From sequence record MT884006.2: a stretch of 64,000 bases of DNA. One strand, written 5' to 3'. This DNA is from Escherichia phage vb_EcoM_bov9_1. Below are positions 63,062 through 64,000 of the stretch, in pieces. The position numbers were made by a program, and so were the translations under genes. The number at the start of each line of letters is the position of its first letter. The stretch's first letter is position 1. The notes below the pieces were generated by a model. The model ran no database searches. It worked only from the letters and a program-made list of their open reading frames with translations, and was not told where the DNA came from.

Positions 63062-64000
63062 TTATTTAAATTGTTCAGTAACGTCTTCAACTACTTCGTA
63101 TTGACAGGTACGCATTTTAGCATCGTTGTAATCAATCGGAATTGATACTACATCGCGAGGATGAACTTTAACTTTTACAACTCGACTAGTTGAACCACCG
63201 AAGTGACGAATATAAGATTTAGAACATACATGCAAACCGCGAGAACAAGTTTGTGTATCATCGTCATTTACGCGAGTACGCGGCATTTTAACTACTTTAC
63301 CAGGACTGTTATCAAAAGTGTTTGAGTGACAATCAAAGTAATTGCTACGAACTACTTTCCAAGCATAGAAGTAACCATCTTCTGTAATTTCAATATCGTT
63401 TGCTACCAAGAAATCAAAAAGTCGAGATACCGCTTTCTGGCTTGGGTTTTCCAGCAGATTTTCCAAGAACGGAAAATAAAATTCAAAGTTTTCGCCTTTT
63501 TCCATCGAATCAAGAATACGATCAACCAAACCAGACCGCAATTCAATATTTTGATAGAATAAGCTTCCACCTTCAATTCGAACATCGCCGGAAATATATT
63601 TTTCAACAGCGCGGCGAACATTAATTTTTTGTGCTGCTTCTTCCAGCTTATCCGCTACGAGCAGATTAAGAATTTCCTGGAAGTTTGAATGAGTATTAGG
63701 TGTTGCATTATAAGTTACACCATCAACAGTAATCGAAATGAATTTTTTAGATGCATTCCAAATAATGTCAGATTTAGCAACTGGAGCAATAACTGCATCG
63801 CTATTAACTTTAACTGTAATATCACCGCTAATAGTAATTTTAGAGTGTTTAGCTTCTTCAGCATTTTTCAAAACACGACGGATTGTATCAACCGATACAC
63901 CTTGCCAATCAGCCAATTCCTGCTGAGTATAATTACCGCTTGAATACAGTTTAACAATTTCAGCTTGTTCGTTTTTGGTCAGGCATTTAATATTGTACAT
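63062..64000 (-). CDS. rIIB: rIIB protein
   Basis: 312 aa; MYNIKCLTKNEQAEIVKLYSSGNYTQQELADWQGVSVDTIRRVLKN; ATG is the last three bases of the window. Confidence 0.9.
   Translation of the reverse strand: MYNIKCLTKNEQAEIVKLYSSGNYTQQELADWQGVSVDTIRRVLKNAEEAKHSKITISGDITVKVNSDAVIAPVAKSDIIWNASKKFISITVDGVTYNATPNTHSNFQEILNLLVADKLEEAAQKINVRRAVEKYISGDVRIEGGSLFYQNIELRSGLVDRILDSMEKGENFEFYFPFLENLLENPSQKAVSRLFDFLVANDIEITEDGYFYAWKVVRSNYFDCHSNTFDNSPGKVVKMPRTRVNDDDTQTCSRGLHVCSKSYIRHFGGSTSRVVKVKVHPRDVVSIPIDYNDAKMRTCQYEVVEDVTEQFK

Overview
This window is a contiguous, gene-dense segment of a T-even (T4-like, Tequatrovirus-type) myophage genome, running from the 3' part of the major capsid gene 23 to a complete rIIB that ends on the last base. 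I recognised most proteins directly by sequence: gp23/gp24, RNA ligases 1 and 2, Hoc, Inh, UvsW, UvsY, baseplate genes 25-26-51-27-28-29-48-54, two tandem Alt ADP-ribosyltransferases, DNA ligase, rIII, gp31, dCMP deaminase, polynucleotide kinase, a spanin pair, Alc, DenA, NrdA/NrdB, thymidylate synthase, DHFR, gp32, gp59, gp33, DsbA, RNase H, tail fibre genes 34-38, holin T, AsiA, Arn, MotA, gp52, Ndd and DenB. It is not T4 itself: td and nrdB are uninterrupted (no group I introns), gene 38 is a T2-type glycine-rich adhesin, and gp37 carries a C-terminal auto-cleaving chaperone-like domain. Regulatory signals are read directly from the sequence: extended -10 early promoters (GTTTACA-N17-TACTAT class), TATAAATA late promoters, two MotA-box middle promoters, and many C(UUCG)G-type hairpins. 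No rRNA, tRNA or CRISPR array was identified, and I do not see a self-contained, clearly novel multi-gene system. The items most worth a second look are accessory: an unrecognised ORF inserted between frd and td, a NADAR-like/HAD-like pair next to ligase, two promoter-flanked ORFs upstream of gene 32 bounded by a 70-bp exact repeat, the Alt paralogue pair under a late promoter, a free-standing HNH endonuclease between nrdA and nrdB, and clusters of tiny hydrophobic peptide genes. The ORF track uses TTG/GTG starts and longest-ORF logic, so several starts were corrected to ATG codons with ribosome-binding sites. T4 gene names on small ORFs (30.x, cd.x, frd.x, arn.x, ndd.x) are positional guesses from memory, not database hits.
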